Source of the DNA: Anaerobutyricum sp.
GTDB lineage: Bacteria; Bacteroidota; Bacteroidia; Bacteroidales; Tannerellaceae
Direction of reading: 5' to 3'
Assembly: GCA_963629885.1 (NCBI GenBank)
Contig: CAVGKO010000001.1
Coordinates: forward strand, 10,773 to 56,001
Length of the DNA: 45,229 bases
How positions within the stretch are numbered: position 1 is the stretch's first letter; every line of letters starts with the position of its first letter. Both the position numbers and the translations under genes were made by a program. The notes below the pieces were generated by a model, which was given only the letters and a program-made list of their open reading frames with translations, had not been told where the DNA came from and did no database searches. Below are positions 8,701-20,700 of the stretch, piece by piece.

Positions 8701-11700
8701 AAATCCAAAAGGCTTGGGGTGCCGTCATTGACAATGCTATCGTGTGTGGTGTTCACACAACAATCGGAGCAGCCTCATATAAGAAGCAATGCCTTGACCT
8801 GACGCGGTTGCAACGGAAAAACGAGAAGGAATGCACAAGAGTATTGGACGAAGAATATTGGGCGAAGCTGAAGCATGACATCGACCTGTGCGGCGAAACG
8901 TCCGACAAGGCATTAATCGCTTACACCCGTGCTATTAGAGATAATGCGGATTTAAGTGGTGAAGCGAAGCAGGCCATAATCAACTATGCCTTAACGCTTA
9001 AGACTCAGCAAGCACTTAATTATGGTGCGCTCAACAACGGTAAAACCAATGCACTCGACCTGCGATACCAAGATGCTTACGATGCTGGTGCCGATGTGAA
9101 ATCGCCTGACGAGATTTCGAAACTTCAAGAAAATGCCAATAGCGCAAGAGTATCACTCGCCAAGCTGCTTGGATGTAGCACCGACGAAGTCGATTCCAAA
9201 GTGAAAGGATTCGGCGAAGGCTATCGCGAAATCTATGAGGCGGCGACCAAAGACATTGCGGACGAGCAGAAAAAGAAAGAAGTCCAGAATGTCCTTGACG
9301 TATATTTCACCAATTTGGCTGCGGTAGAAGGTGCGCACGACGCTCTCATTGTAGACCATGAGCAGAAACTGGAACAGAATAAATCTTACGTTGAGCAGAA
9401 CAGCAACAAAGAGTCAGGAACCACCATCCAAGCTACGGATAAGGATGGTAGGATATGGTATGTTATCAGTGGTGACCCGCGTAGAACCAACTCATCAGAT
9501 ATGCTAATTGTACGCGATGGTGTAACGGGTGAGATTGGACACGGCTCTGTAAGTGAATTCGAATTTGCCTCAGAACAGAACACGCAGGACCTTGTCAATG
9601 AAGGCAATAAATCTATAAGCGAAGAATACCTTTCTAAGCGCAATGCCATTTTGAAAGGCGAGACGTTGCCCGAAAGAGGTGATAAAGTTTCTGTGCTTGA
9701 TGCCAACGGTAAGGTTATAGAAGTCACGGTGGAAGGCATAGAGCAGTCCGAAACTGACGGAACGCCAACGGGTATTACTGTCAGAACTGAAGATGGGCAA
9801 ATGTACAATTTTACCACAGATGAATATCGCAACGCGGTAAAAGGAGTGGCAGAACGAGAAACCGCAACGTATATCGGAAATGATAATTTCGCGCTCAATC
9901 GTGCAATTAGTTCTTCTCAGGTTGCCACGGGTACGGAATTCGTGCATGACGGCAAGCGGTATACATTCGACCACATCGACGACAATGGTAATTGGGTAGC
10001 GCGACCGGTTGGTCAAGAAGGTCACTCGGTTGAATTCTCAGAGGAGGAAGTCAGAACTGGCATTGACGATTTACTCGCCGGTAAAGTTCAAGGCTCAGAA
10101 CAATCTGAAGCGAACAACGATGAAGAAATAAAAGTCGGCACAGAGTTCACTTTCGAAGATGGCACGCCCGGAGTTGTGACGGGAATAAGAGACGACGGAA
10201 CATTTTTTATTGCCTCGAAAGATAGCCCTGTTTCGTTTGACGCGTCCCGCGAGAGGGTTACTGAATTAATAGCGAAAAGTCATAATGCAGAACGAGCAAC
10301 AGACGCGAGTGGTGAAAGTCCCAAAACTCAGGACACCACCAAAACCGCTGCTGACGACAAAAAGGAACAAACTGCTGCCGACATCTCAGTGGGCGACAAA
10401 ATCACCATCAATGGCCACATCTATAAGGTAGAAGGCATTGACGGGAATAGGTGTGCCATTGAAAAAGACGGGCGTAGATACATTTGGCGAGTTTCAGATA
10501 TAGAAAAAGGCATTGAAGACGGACGTGTGAAGATAAATGCCGAAACTGAGTCTACTGACGCGGCAGAGAAATCTTCAGAAACTGACATCGCTCCTGCCGA
10601 GCGAATCGAAGACGAAAGTGCCATCGGACTTTCCGAAGCTAATAAGATACCTGAAGGTGAGGCAACCTCATCTGACCAGGAGACTGGTAAACTGGAAACG
10701 CCGCATACCGACGTGGAAGAATCTTCTGCGGAGGTAAAGCCACAGCCCCAGGAAGGACAGGCTATCGTCACGGATGAAAACCCAAAGGAAACTCCTACCA
10801 CAGAAGCACCACTCGACCACCATGCTCCTGCGTTGAATCGTATCCCCAAAGATGAGAAAGGAGAACCTATGTTTGAAAAAGCTCCCTTGGATCAGTCTTA
10901 CGATGCCCTATTGGAGCAGACTGGTGGAAGCGCGGAGACTACAAGCGAAGTCATCAAGGAAATGGTTGAGGACAAGCGCAAGGCTCTCGCTGATGCCGAG
11001 GCGGAAGAGATTCCCCACGCAAATGGTGCAATGGCTAAGATTGCCGCGCGAAAGGCTCACGATGAGAAGGTGAAGCAGGCGCGTCAGGAACTTGAGTATT
11101 GGGAGGACTTGGCGCGTGTTCCCGAAGAACGGGCAAGGGCTGAAGAGGAACCGCAGCCTATTGGCAAAGGTTTCTTCGGCAATATCTATGACCAATTTAA
11201 GGGTAAGGTAAAGGCTGCTTTAGACTTTCTTTTAAAGCATAGAGAAGGTGATTTGCTTGGCGTGTTCCATCGCGATGACCTTGGGGACATTGACTTGGTT
11301 TGGGGCAATAGAGCGGAAAACCGAGGGCTTGACCACATTATAGACAAGCACATCGAACGTTACCATGACTTCGCCAATGCGGAAGAAGCCATGAGAATTA
11401 TTGATGACGTTATCAACAATGGACAAGTCAATGAGAAGAAAAGTCGTTGGGATAAGGTCGTTTTGGATAAAGATGGCTATAGCGTAGTCATTCGTAAGAA
11501 TCTCCGTGACGATAAAGGAAACATTATCGAAAATAGTAAGAATTGGGTAGTAACGGCATTTGACAACAACCGAACAGAGAAAGAAAAATCTTCACCCGAT
11601 ATTACCATAGCAACCCCTAATACCGATGAAGGGAGCAGGGCTGTCGCTCCCGGTGAAGATTCTTCTGCCTACAAAGGTACAATAGAACACACTACCGGCA

Positions 11701-14700
11701 AAACATCTTCCACCGAAAAAGCCGAAACAGACAACAAAAACTCCGTTTCAGACCAGATATCGGAGGTATCGACGGGTGTCGACGCAGAGTTTACTGGGTC
11801 GAAGAAAGGGAACGCACGCAAAACGGACGGTGAACCTCACGCCCACCCTGAGCAACCTCTCACAGAGCGCACGCGACAAGCCTGTGAGTCGGTAGCAAAG
11901 TCTTTAGGCATTGATGTGGAATGGGTAGACCATATGCCCGAAAACGGCTCTTATGCCCCCCATGGGAAGAATGGTCGTCCTGTCATCTGCATTGCACGCG
12001 ATGCCGAAAACCCGCTTTCCACTGTGTTCGGTCACGAAGGGACGCACGCAGTACGTTCCATATCGGAAGATGCCTACAAGTCGCTCGTTGATAAGGCACG
12101 CGCCGTGGTGGGCGATGAGGAATGGAACAAGCGTTTCAAAGCCACCAAGGAACTCTACGAAGGCGAGCATCTCACCGATGACCAAATTGCCGAAGAGGTG
12201 GTTGCCGACATCGTGGGCGAGATGATTACCGACCGCGATATGGCTGAGAAACTGGCTTACCGACTTGACCACCCGACTCTTTCTGCCCTGCGCGATGTTG
12301 CACGGAAGATGTGGGAAACGGTGAAGCGTTTCGTTGGCGGTAACAAACTGACTGCCTACGAACAGGCGGTGAAGGACTTTGCGGACACTATTGAGCGCGC
12401 GTTTGCGGACGCGAAGGAAGCATCGGAATCATTGTCGGAATCCACACGGACGGAGATGGCTGAAAATAGTCTTGGCATTTCTGGCGGAGCCGTCATGTCG
12501 GACTATGCGCGAGGCATCAAGAATCGCACTGGGTATCAGACTCCCAACGAAAGAGGGGAATTCGCTGACGATTCTGAAAAGCATTCCAAGCGCACGTTAC
12601 CCTTCACGATAGTTTATTACAAGTCTCTTGCTAACGCACGCCAAAGCACGGCAAATGCTCTTGAGAACTGGTCTATGCGTAGAGCCATCCAAGACGAAGT
12701 GAATGAAATCATTGACGGGTTTGAAGACAAGATGGAAGGACGCGACAAAACATCACTTGGCAATTCTCCCGTCCGCAAACAGGCCGATATTTACGGGTTC
12801 TCTTTTGATGTGGATACAAGCTGCCCCCGTTCATTTGTGAACCTTGCTTGCGTAGAGGAAGCAGAACGTAGATTGGGAAGACCTCTCACGCTGAAGGAAT
12901 CCGTGCAACTGAATGAGCATCTTCGTGCATATGGTCTTCAGATTCCATGTGTTTACTGCTATGTGGAAAACAAGCGTCAGGCACTCAAGGACTCTATCCA
13001 TACCTTTATGGCGGCACGCAATGGTGTCTATAATGCGAAGTCGGAACGTGAAAGACGAAAATTGATGTATGGTCAGCGGAAGCCCACGGCTAAAGACCCA
13101 AGCACACTCACCAAGGCTGCGCAGACACGTCTTGCTGAATGGAGTCAGCGAAAAGATGCCGGAGACGACTATAATCCGTCTTTACCCGAACTCTATTCGC
13201 AGTACAACAACGCGCGCAGTTATGTTCTCCTCATGCTCGGCTCGCTCAACGAGAGAGGTGACATCAGCGAGACAAATAGTGCAAATGCTTTGGCTAAAGT
13301 CGTAACAGAGAGGCTCGCCCAATATGCCGACCTGCATGACGCGGACAAATCATTTGTAAAAGGCGAAATCACATCCATTTGCGAGGATTGGATTTACGAC
13401 AAGGTTCACAAAGAGGAACATACACATTTCAGCGAGGACGCAGCCTACGACTGTGATACCCGCAACATTTTCCGTCCCTTGAGCCTTTGGAACGAGGCAA
13501 CGAAGTATGCCAAGTCATCCTCAAGCGCGAAGAAAGTCAGCAAGTATATGCCTTACACCGATGAGCTGCGTTATCTCACCCCGGAACAGATTGACGCACT
13601 CAATTCCATTGGCGGTTTGCGCTTCCATTCCAACAACGATTTCCGCATTGACTATGTAGAGGACTATTTCCAAGTGCTTGCACATATGTCAGCCATCGGA
13701 CTTATGGGACAAGCCTATACAAAGAGTCCCGACTTTGTCCGAATTTTCGGTGGAACGGGTCTACGTGTAAATATGTCCATCGCTGCCTATGGAGGCGAGA
13801 ACGGCAAACCGATCATCATGAACGAGCAGGAAGGTTTCAACTGGAAAGTGGCGCAGGAACTCCGCGAAAAGTATCCGGATGCCGGGGTAATGATGATGGT
13901 CACCAACGATGCCCAGCTTGAATACGCCCTCAACTGTCCTTGGATTGACATGGTCATTCCGTTCCATGCATCGGGACTCCCCCGTGCGGTATGGTATAAT
14001 ATGCGCCAGTGGCAGAACTATACTGCAAAACAGAACGAGAAGCTCATTAATGCAGCAGACAAGAAGAAAGCACTAAAGGCCAAAGGGATTGACTTTAAGA
14101 AGGAGACGGAAGGTATGTCGAAAGATAAGGCATCGGCATGGCTGAATGACACCTACGACAAGACTTTCGGTACAAAGCACGTTTATGGCATAAAGGAAGG
14201 CAAACGAGTGCTTGTCTGTCCGCACTTCGAACCCGGTGATAAAGTTATTGAGAACGAGACCGGCAGATATGAGATTCCTGGCCATCACAATGACCTTCAG
14301 ACGTATCTGCAACTTTGTGAGGAATATGGCGTTAAACCGCGTTTTGCCGGAATAAAGGTGCGCGATGCCAATGGCAAACTGATAGACGTGACCGAGCACC
14401 CGAATTATATGAAGCTCATCAAGGAGACAGCACGCACCGAAATGGAACAGCACCCTGTCGAATTCAACATTGATCAGGCTGACGAACGTATGCCATTGAT
14501 TACTGAAGACAACGCGCACATTATCTTCGGTAATAACTACGACAAAGCAGAGATTGGCAAACATATGTCTCCTATGCAGTATGCCATGACGCAGATGTTT
14601 GACTTCGCGAAGAAAGGCGGTTACACGGATGTGAAGGACTACAAAACATTGTCCGAATCCACCGGCTATGGTGACATAGTTGGAGACTTCATTGACAACG

Positions 14701-17700
14701 TGGTCAAGAAGAACCGTCCCATCAATTACCTTACCGATGATGCCCACCTTATGGCAAGCATCACCAATAAGGCTCTGACTGAGGCCTATGGCGGCAGAAT
14801 GCCTTACGAGGGCAAACGTAAAGCTGATGTGCGCCACTCCCGTCGCAGCAAAGTCACCCCCGAAGAGCGCGCCATCCGCGACGAACTTGCCAACACCATG
14901 AAGAACGCGGGCATTGATGTGTCCGTGGATGATGAAGAGGGGCAGAGGGTGATGGACGATGCAAGGGAAATGGACGATGTAAGGTTGAGTGCTAAACGAA
15001 AAAGAGCACTTGAAACCGCGTACGTTTCTCAAAGCGAGGAACATCAACCAACTGTCGTTTCAAGTGCCGATGGTGCAAAAGTACTAAAAGATATTGATAT
15101 TATCGTTTCAAAATACGAAAAACATTCAAACCAAACTAAAACTTTCATCGGTGATGTAGCAACTGCACTTGGCGCAACCCGTGATGGAAGCAAATCCGAA
15201 TACGCTACATTTGAGACAAAAAACGGCAAAATTGTCACCATCCGCTTGGCTGACCACAATGCTACTGTTTCCAACTTTGACAACCGTGGAGAGTTGGACG
15301 GCATCAGTATTGTTATCACCCCCAAAACGAACGAGGGCATTACCAACGATGGCGATGCTCATGTCGTGGAGCATTTCTACGATTCCATTAAGTTGCGCAG
15401 AGCAGACGGCAAACCTTTGGCTGAAATCGTCAAGTCCATTAAACAATCACTCTATAGCGGTGAATTCAAGGACACGACAGGACTTGCCGAACGGCAGGAG
15501 GTTAATGCTGATACTATCCGTGAGCAACGCGTCTACCACGGCAGCGGCGCGGACTTCGACCACTTCGACCATTCGCACATGGGCGAGGGCGAAGGAGCGC
15601 AAGTGTATGGTTGGGGAACGTATGTAACCGAGGTAGAAGGCATTGGCAGAACGTATGCTCGCGCAAGCAACCAGTCTACTCTACGGAAAGAGAAACTCAA
15701 AAGCGACATCAGTAGAGCAAAAGAGAGATTGCCGTTTATGAAAGGTGAATACAAAACTGCTCTGGAGAAAGAAATTGCTCAGAAGGAAGAAGAACTGAGC
15801 AAGATGTCCGATGCTAATCATCACCTTTATACTGTCGAAATCCCCGATGACAACGGGAACAACTACCTTGACTGGACTAAAGAGTATTCCGAAGATGATG
15901 TGTATTCCATCATTGAAAGGCTACTTGACGTTGCCGCGACCAAAGCTAAAGAAGGTAATTTAGATGAACGCGAAAAACTTAGAGGTGCAGCCGACCGTAT
16001 AGCCGAATGGGTAGATGGTGATTTGAAAAACGATTTCTTCGACAAATTAACAGGCGAGAACATCTACCGAAAGGTCGCGGGTAGTTTTGAAGATTACTCT
16101 GAAGAGGAAGCATCTAAGTTGCTGTCCGAAGCTGGTTTTGCTGGCATCAAATACCCTGCCGAGAACATGAGTGGTGGCCGTGCCGATGGTGCAAAGGACT
16201 ACGTCATCTTCAACGAAGCCGATGCTCAAATTACCGACCATATTCGTTTCTTCCGCACCCCCAACGGCGAAGCGTATGGATTCACCAAGGGCGGCAAGAT
16301 ATACATCGACCCGCGCATCGCCAAAGCCGACACGCCCATCCATGAATATACCCACCTTTGGGCAACCGCCCTGCGCCAAGGGAACCCGAAAGAGTGGGCG
16401 AACGTGGTGAACCTAATGAAGGGCGAGAAGGAACTTTGGGACGATGTGAAGAAACGCTACCCCGAACTCAAGGCCGATGACGAGATTGCCGATGAAGTAC
16501 TTGCCCATTATTCGGGCAAGCGCGGTGCAGAACGTCTCCGTAAGGAGCAACGCAAGATTGCCGAAGGCGAAGGCTCTATCTTTGAGAAGGCGCGCGCCAT
16601 CCGTGCGTTGGAGAAGGTGAAGCAAGCCCTTGATAAGTTCTGGAAAGGTGTGGCAGACTTCCTGCACATCCACTACACAAGTGCCGAGGAAGTTGCCGAC
16701 CGCGTGATGAGTGACTTGCTGAACGGGGTGAACCCGACAAAGAACACAATCCGTGAGCAACGCGTCTACCACGGCAGCCAAGCGGACTTTGATTCGAAGG
16801 TGTTGAACAAATTGGAAGGTCGTGGAACATTGCAGTCCGAAGAGACTGACGTGACCGACCTACCGAAGGATATGGCATACCGTGAAACTGACATCAATGA
16901 ATTGGCCGACATACTTAAAAGCGGTGGTATGCGACGTATGCCCAATGGCAAAGTCGTAGAGCATACACCAAAACCGGGACGCATCTCCTTAAGACCGAAA
17001 CTGGGCGGCAATTCCCATGGTGGAAAAGGTTTTGCAAAGGGCGCACCGTGGAGTTCATTGGGTGGAACACTGTCTGGTGGTTCTGCAACAAAGGTTTTAA
17101 TAGGAGTTCCGGGAAAGAGCATAGAATGGCAAACAGGTCATCACGGCAGCTACACCGAAGCAAAACCATTCGAAGACATCAAACACGGCGAGCCGTTGTT
17201 CCTTAAGTTTGATGAGAACGGGAATGTTCCCGTTAGTGTGTCTAATATGCGCATATGGGTTGTCGACAAGGGCGGCAACTACCATGAGTTTATTCAAGAC
17301 TCAAACTCCGATGCCAAGATAACCGACGGCAACGGCGGTGAGAAACGGACTGACGAGCAGGACGATAATTTGCTTTACCGCACGAGCGATGAACTCAACT
17401 CCGAATATGGTGACCGATGGATATCTGAGCAAACCAACGAGGACGGACGGCACACAACCCAAGTAAAGAACACTATCAACTCCTACAAGAAATTTGGAGA
17501 ATGGGTAAAGGCCGATTCCAACGGAAGAGATGTTTCCATCCTTGACGCAAGTAGCGGCCTTGGTCTTGGCACAGACTGGATGCGCGAGAACGGAATGAAT
17601 GTGGATGACGTGGAGCCATATCCCTCCGAGGATAGAACGAAACCTACATTCACAAGCTACGATGACATTGACAAAAGGTACGACTACATTGTGAGCAATG

Positions 17701-20700
17701 CAGTACTCAATGTTATCCCCGATGACTGGCGCGCCAACGTCCTGCACAACATGGCAGACAAACTGAAGGATGGCGGTAAGATGGTCATTAACGTTAGAGG
17801 TGCAAACTCCATTGCCAAACAAGGCAAAGAAGGCGTGACACGCATTACGCTTGATGACCCATCCGAAATTCTTGTACTCCGTCCTGACGGAAGCATCAAG
17901 GCTTATCAGAAAGGCTTTACAAAAGAGGAACTGAAAGACTGGTGCAAGAAGGAATTGGGCGATGGATATTCCGTTGAAATTGCAACGAACAAGAATGCGG
18001 GCGGCAGCTACGACACCGCAGTGGTGGTCACTAAAAATAACGAAAGTGGCACTATAGGTGTCACTTCCGAGGCTGGTCATCCACGCGGGAGTGCGCAGAC
18101 CGTACCCAATTCGTATGCAAAGTTAGACAATGGTTTGGAAATAACAAAAGGATTGGATAATATTGTCAGTCAGATTACACAAAACGGCAAGATGGGCGCA
18201 CACGAATTCCTTTACAATCTATCAAGCTCATTTGGTTTCAAGGGCAAGAACCTCAAAGAATCCTATTATAAGGACTTGAGTGAGAATATAGGTATTCGCA
18301 TTGCAAATCATTATGCTAACGCTGATAATTTTGCGAAGAAAGGCTCAAACGAAGATAACTACGGCATAGTAATCAAACTCTCTCCCAACAAATTCAAAGA
18401 CAAAGATGGTGTGAATTACCTTGAGTATGTGTACTTCCCAGACAAACTCAGTGGTGAACGTCAAACTGAAATTGTCAACGGACTCAAAACTTTCTTGCAG
18501 ACTGGTGACTACGCCGCACTACCTCATCCCGACAAGGTAAATGCATCGGGTAGGTTTAAGGAAGAATTGCTATTGCAGAACCCCGAATCTCCCGAAGCCA
18601 AAACCGCAGCCGTCAACACCCTCTCCAAGGAGATGAATCTGCAAGGCAACGTGACCGTCCTCACCTCAACCGAGGGACTCACCGGAAAGAAAGCCAGCGC
18701 GCCTGGATGGTGCGACCCGAAAACAGGACACATCACCATCGTCCTGCCCAACAATGCCGATGCAGCTGACGTGCAGAAGACTGTCTTCCATGAAGCCGTA
18801 GGACACCACGGACTCCGCAGACTGGTGGGTGATGGCAACTTCAACGACTTCCTCGACAACGTGTACAACAATGCCGAGCAAGGAATCACGCAAACCATTG
18901 ACCAACTTGCCAAAGAGAAGCATCAGGGAGACAGACGCAAAGCCACCGAGGAATATATGTCCACCCTTGCCGAGGACGAATCTTTCCTCAATGCCGGAAA
19001 CCGCAGTCTGTTCCAGAAGGTGAAGCAGCTCTTCACCGACCTTCTCCGTAAGGCGGGCATCAACCTTGGCACGGAACTCACCGACAACGACCTTCGCTAC
19101 ATTCTTTGGAAGAGCTACAAGAACCTCACTGACAACGGCAACCCTGACGTGTTCGCCCAGGCAGAGGACATTGCCAAACAAAATCATCTCAAGGTGGGTG
19201 ACTATGCCAAGCACGAAACCGCTGCCGAACGTGAGATTAACAATGCCGACAACGAGCGTGGACTTCTCTTCCGCACTCCGTCCGCCCCAAACAACGACCC
19301 GATGAACGTGGCATCGTCCTACTATAACCAAAAGGCTGAGACACTTGGCACGAAGACTCTTTTCGGTGGGCTTTGGGCAGCAATGCGCCATCCCAAGGAG
19401 AACGGGCACAAGTTCCTCAACGAGGCATCGGAATCATTCTTCGACTACTCACGTTCCGTCAAGGCATTGCAGGACGGCATAGCGGAAGCCCTTGGCCGTC
19501 CCATCCGCGATGACGAGGACGCATGGCGCACGATGAACTCGCTCCCCGCAGTGAACCAAGAGCAGCTCAACGCAGTGCAGAACAACCTTGTGGCTCCCCT
19601 TGGCGAACATATCGGCAACATCATCAAGAACACAAAGGACAAGCCGGGCGGTGCGCGCACGATGGACGATGTGGAAATCTACCTCAACTGCAAGCACGGT
19701 CTTGAGCGCAACAAAGCCATGGCCGAGCGCAATGCCGAAGAGGTGATGGACAAAGCCAAGAAAAACTTGGCGAACATGATGGATAAGGCTTATGCTGAGA
19801 AACTGAGGATAATGGCAAGCGGTGACCAGCAAGCAATCAGCGACTACAACAAGAAGGTTTCCCACATCAAATCCCGAATGGGGCAGGGCAAACGCATTGA
19901 CGATAGTGAATACGCCAAAGTTGCAGCCGACCAATTAGGCACGTTCGCCGACCGCAAAGACTTACTTATAGTAATAGGACAAACTGCTGATGCCTACATC
20001 GATGCATTGCGCGACCAATATATCGAAGCGCAATGCAAAGACTATTCCGGTCTGACCGAAATATTCCATCCCGACTATAAGGAACAGCGCGCACAAGGTG
20101 TCACCTACGATGTCAATAATCTTGAAGACGAAGCACGGAACCTTATTGCTCAGTTTGAGGGTGCAGTTGGGAAAGCCGACATCGATGAACTATGGAAATT
20201 GGTCGGCAACCTCACCGACTTTGCACTCCGCAAGAGTTATGTGAGCGGCAATATCTCTCTTCAGCAGTATCAGGACACCAAAGCAATGTATGCCAACTAT
20301 GTTCCCCTTCGCGGATGGAACTCTAAGAATGCGGACGACGTGTACAACTATGTGGCGGGCAGCAGCGGACTCACCCCGGAGGATTTCCAAAAAGTGATGA
20401 AGAAAGCCTACGGTCGCGAGTCGCGCGCTGGATACATCTTCGGCACGATGATTGACATGGCCACCACCGCAGTGAGTCAAGGCAACCGCAACGTGATGAA
20501 ACAATGCCTTCTCAATCTTGCCGAGCGCAGTCAGACCAATCTACTCCGTGCGGGAGAAGTGGTATATGAGCAAAGTTCAAACGGCACCCTCACCTCTGTT
20601 CTTCCCAAGCTCCACGACGGAATGACCGAGCAGGAGATTGCCGATGCCTATTCCGACTGGCAGGACGATGTGAAGAACGGACTTGCCAACGGCACATACA

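Noticed and set aside
14073..15047. Long minus-strand ORFs (also 20730-21716, 31486-32454, 32838-33818)
   Set aside because: Antisense shadows of codon-biased plus-strand genes, with no recognisable motifs.
17285..17322. A fourth antisense RNA cassette (CCAAGATA with a GAGTTT/AAACTC stem)
   Set aside because: The promoter has a mismatch, the stem is short and there is no U-tract.
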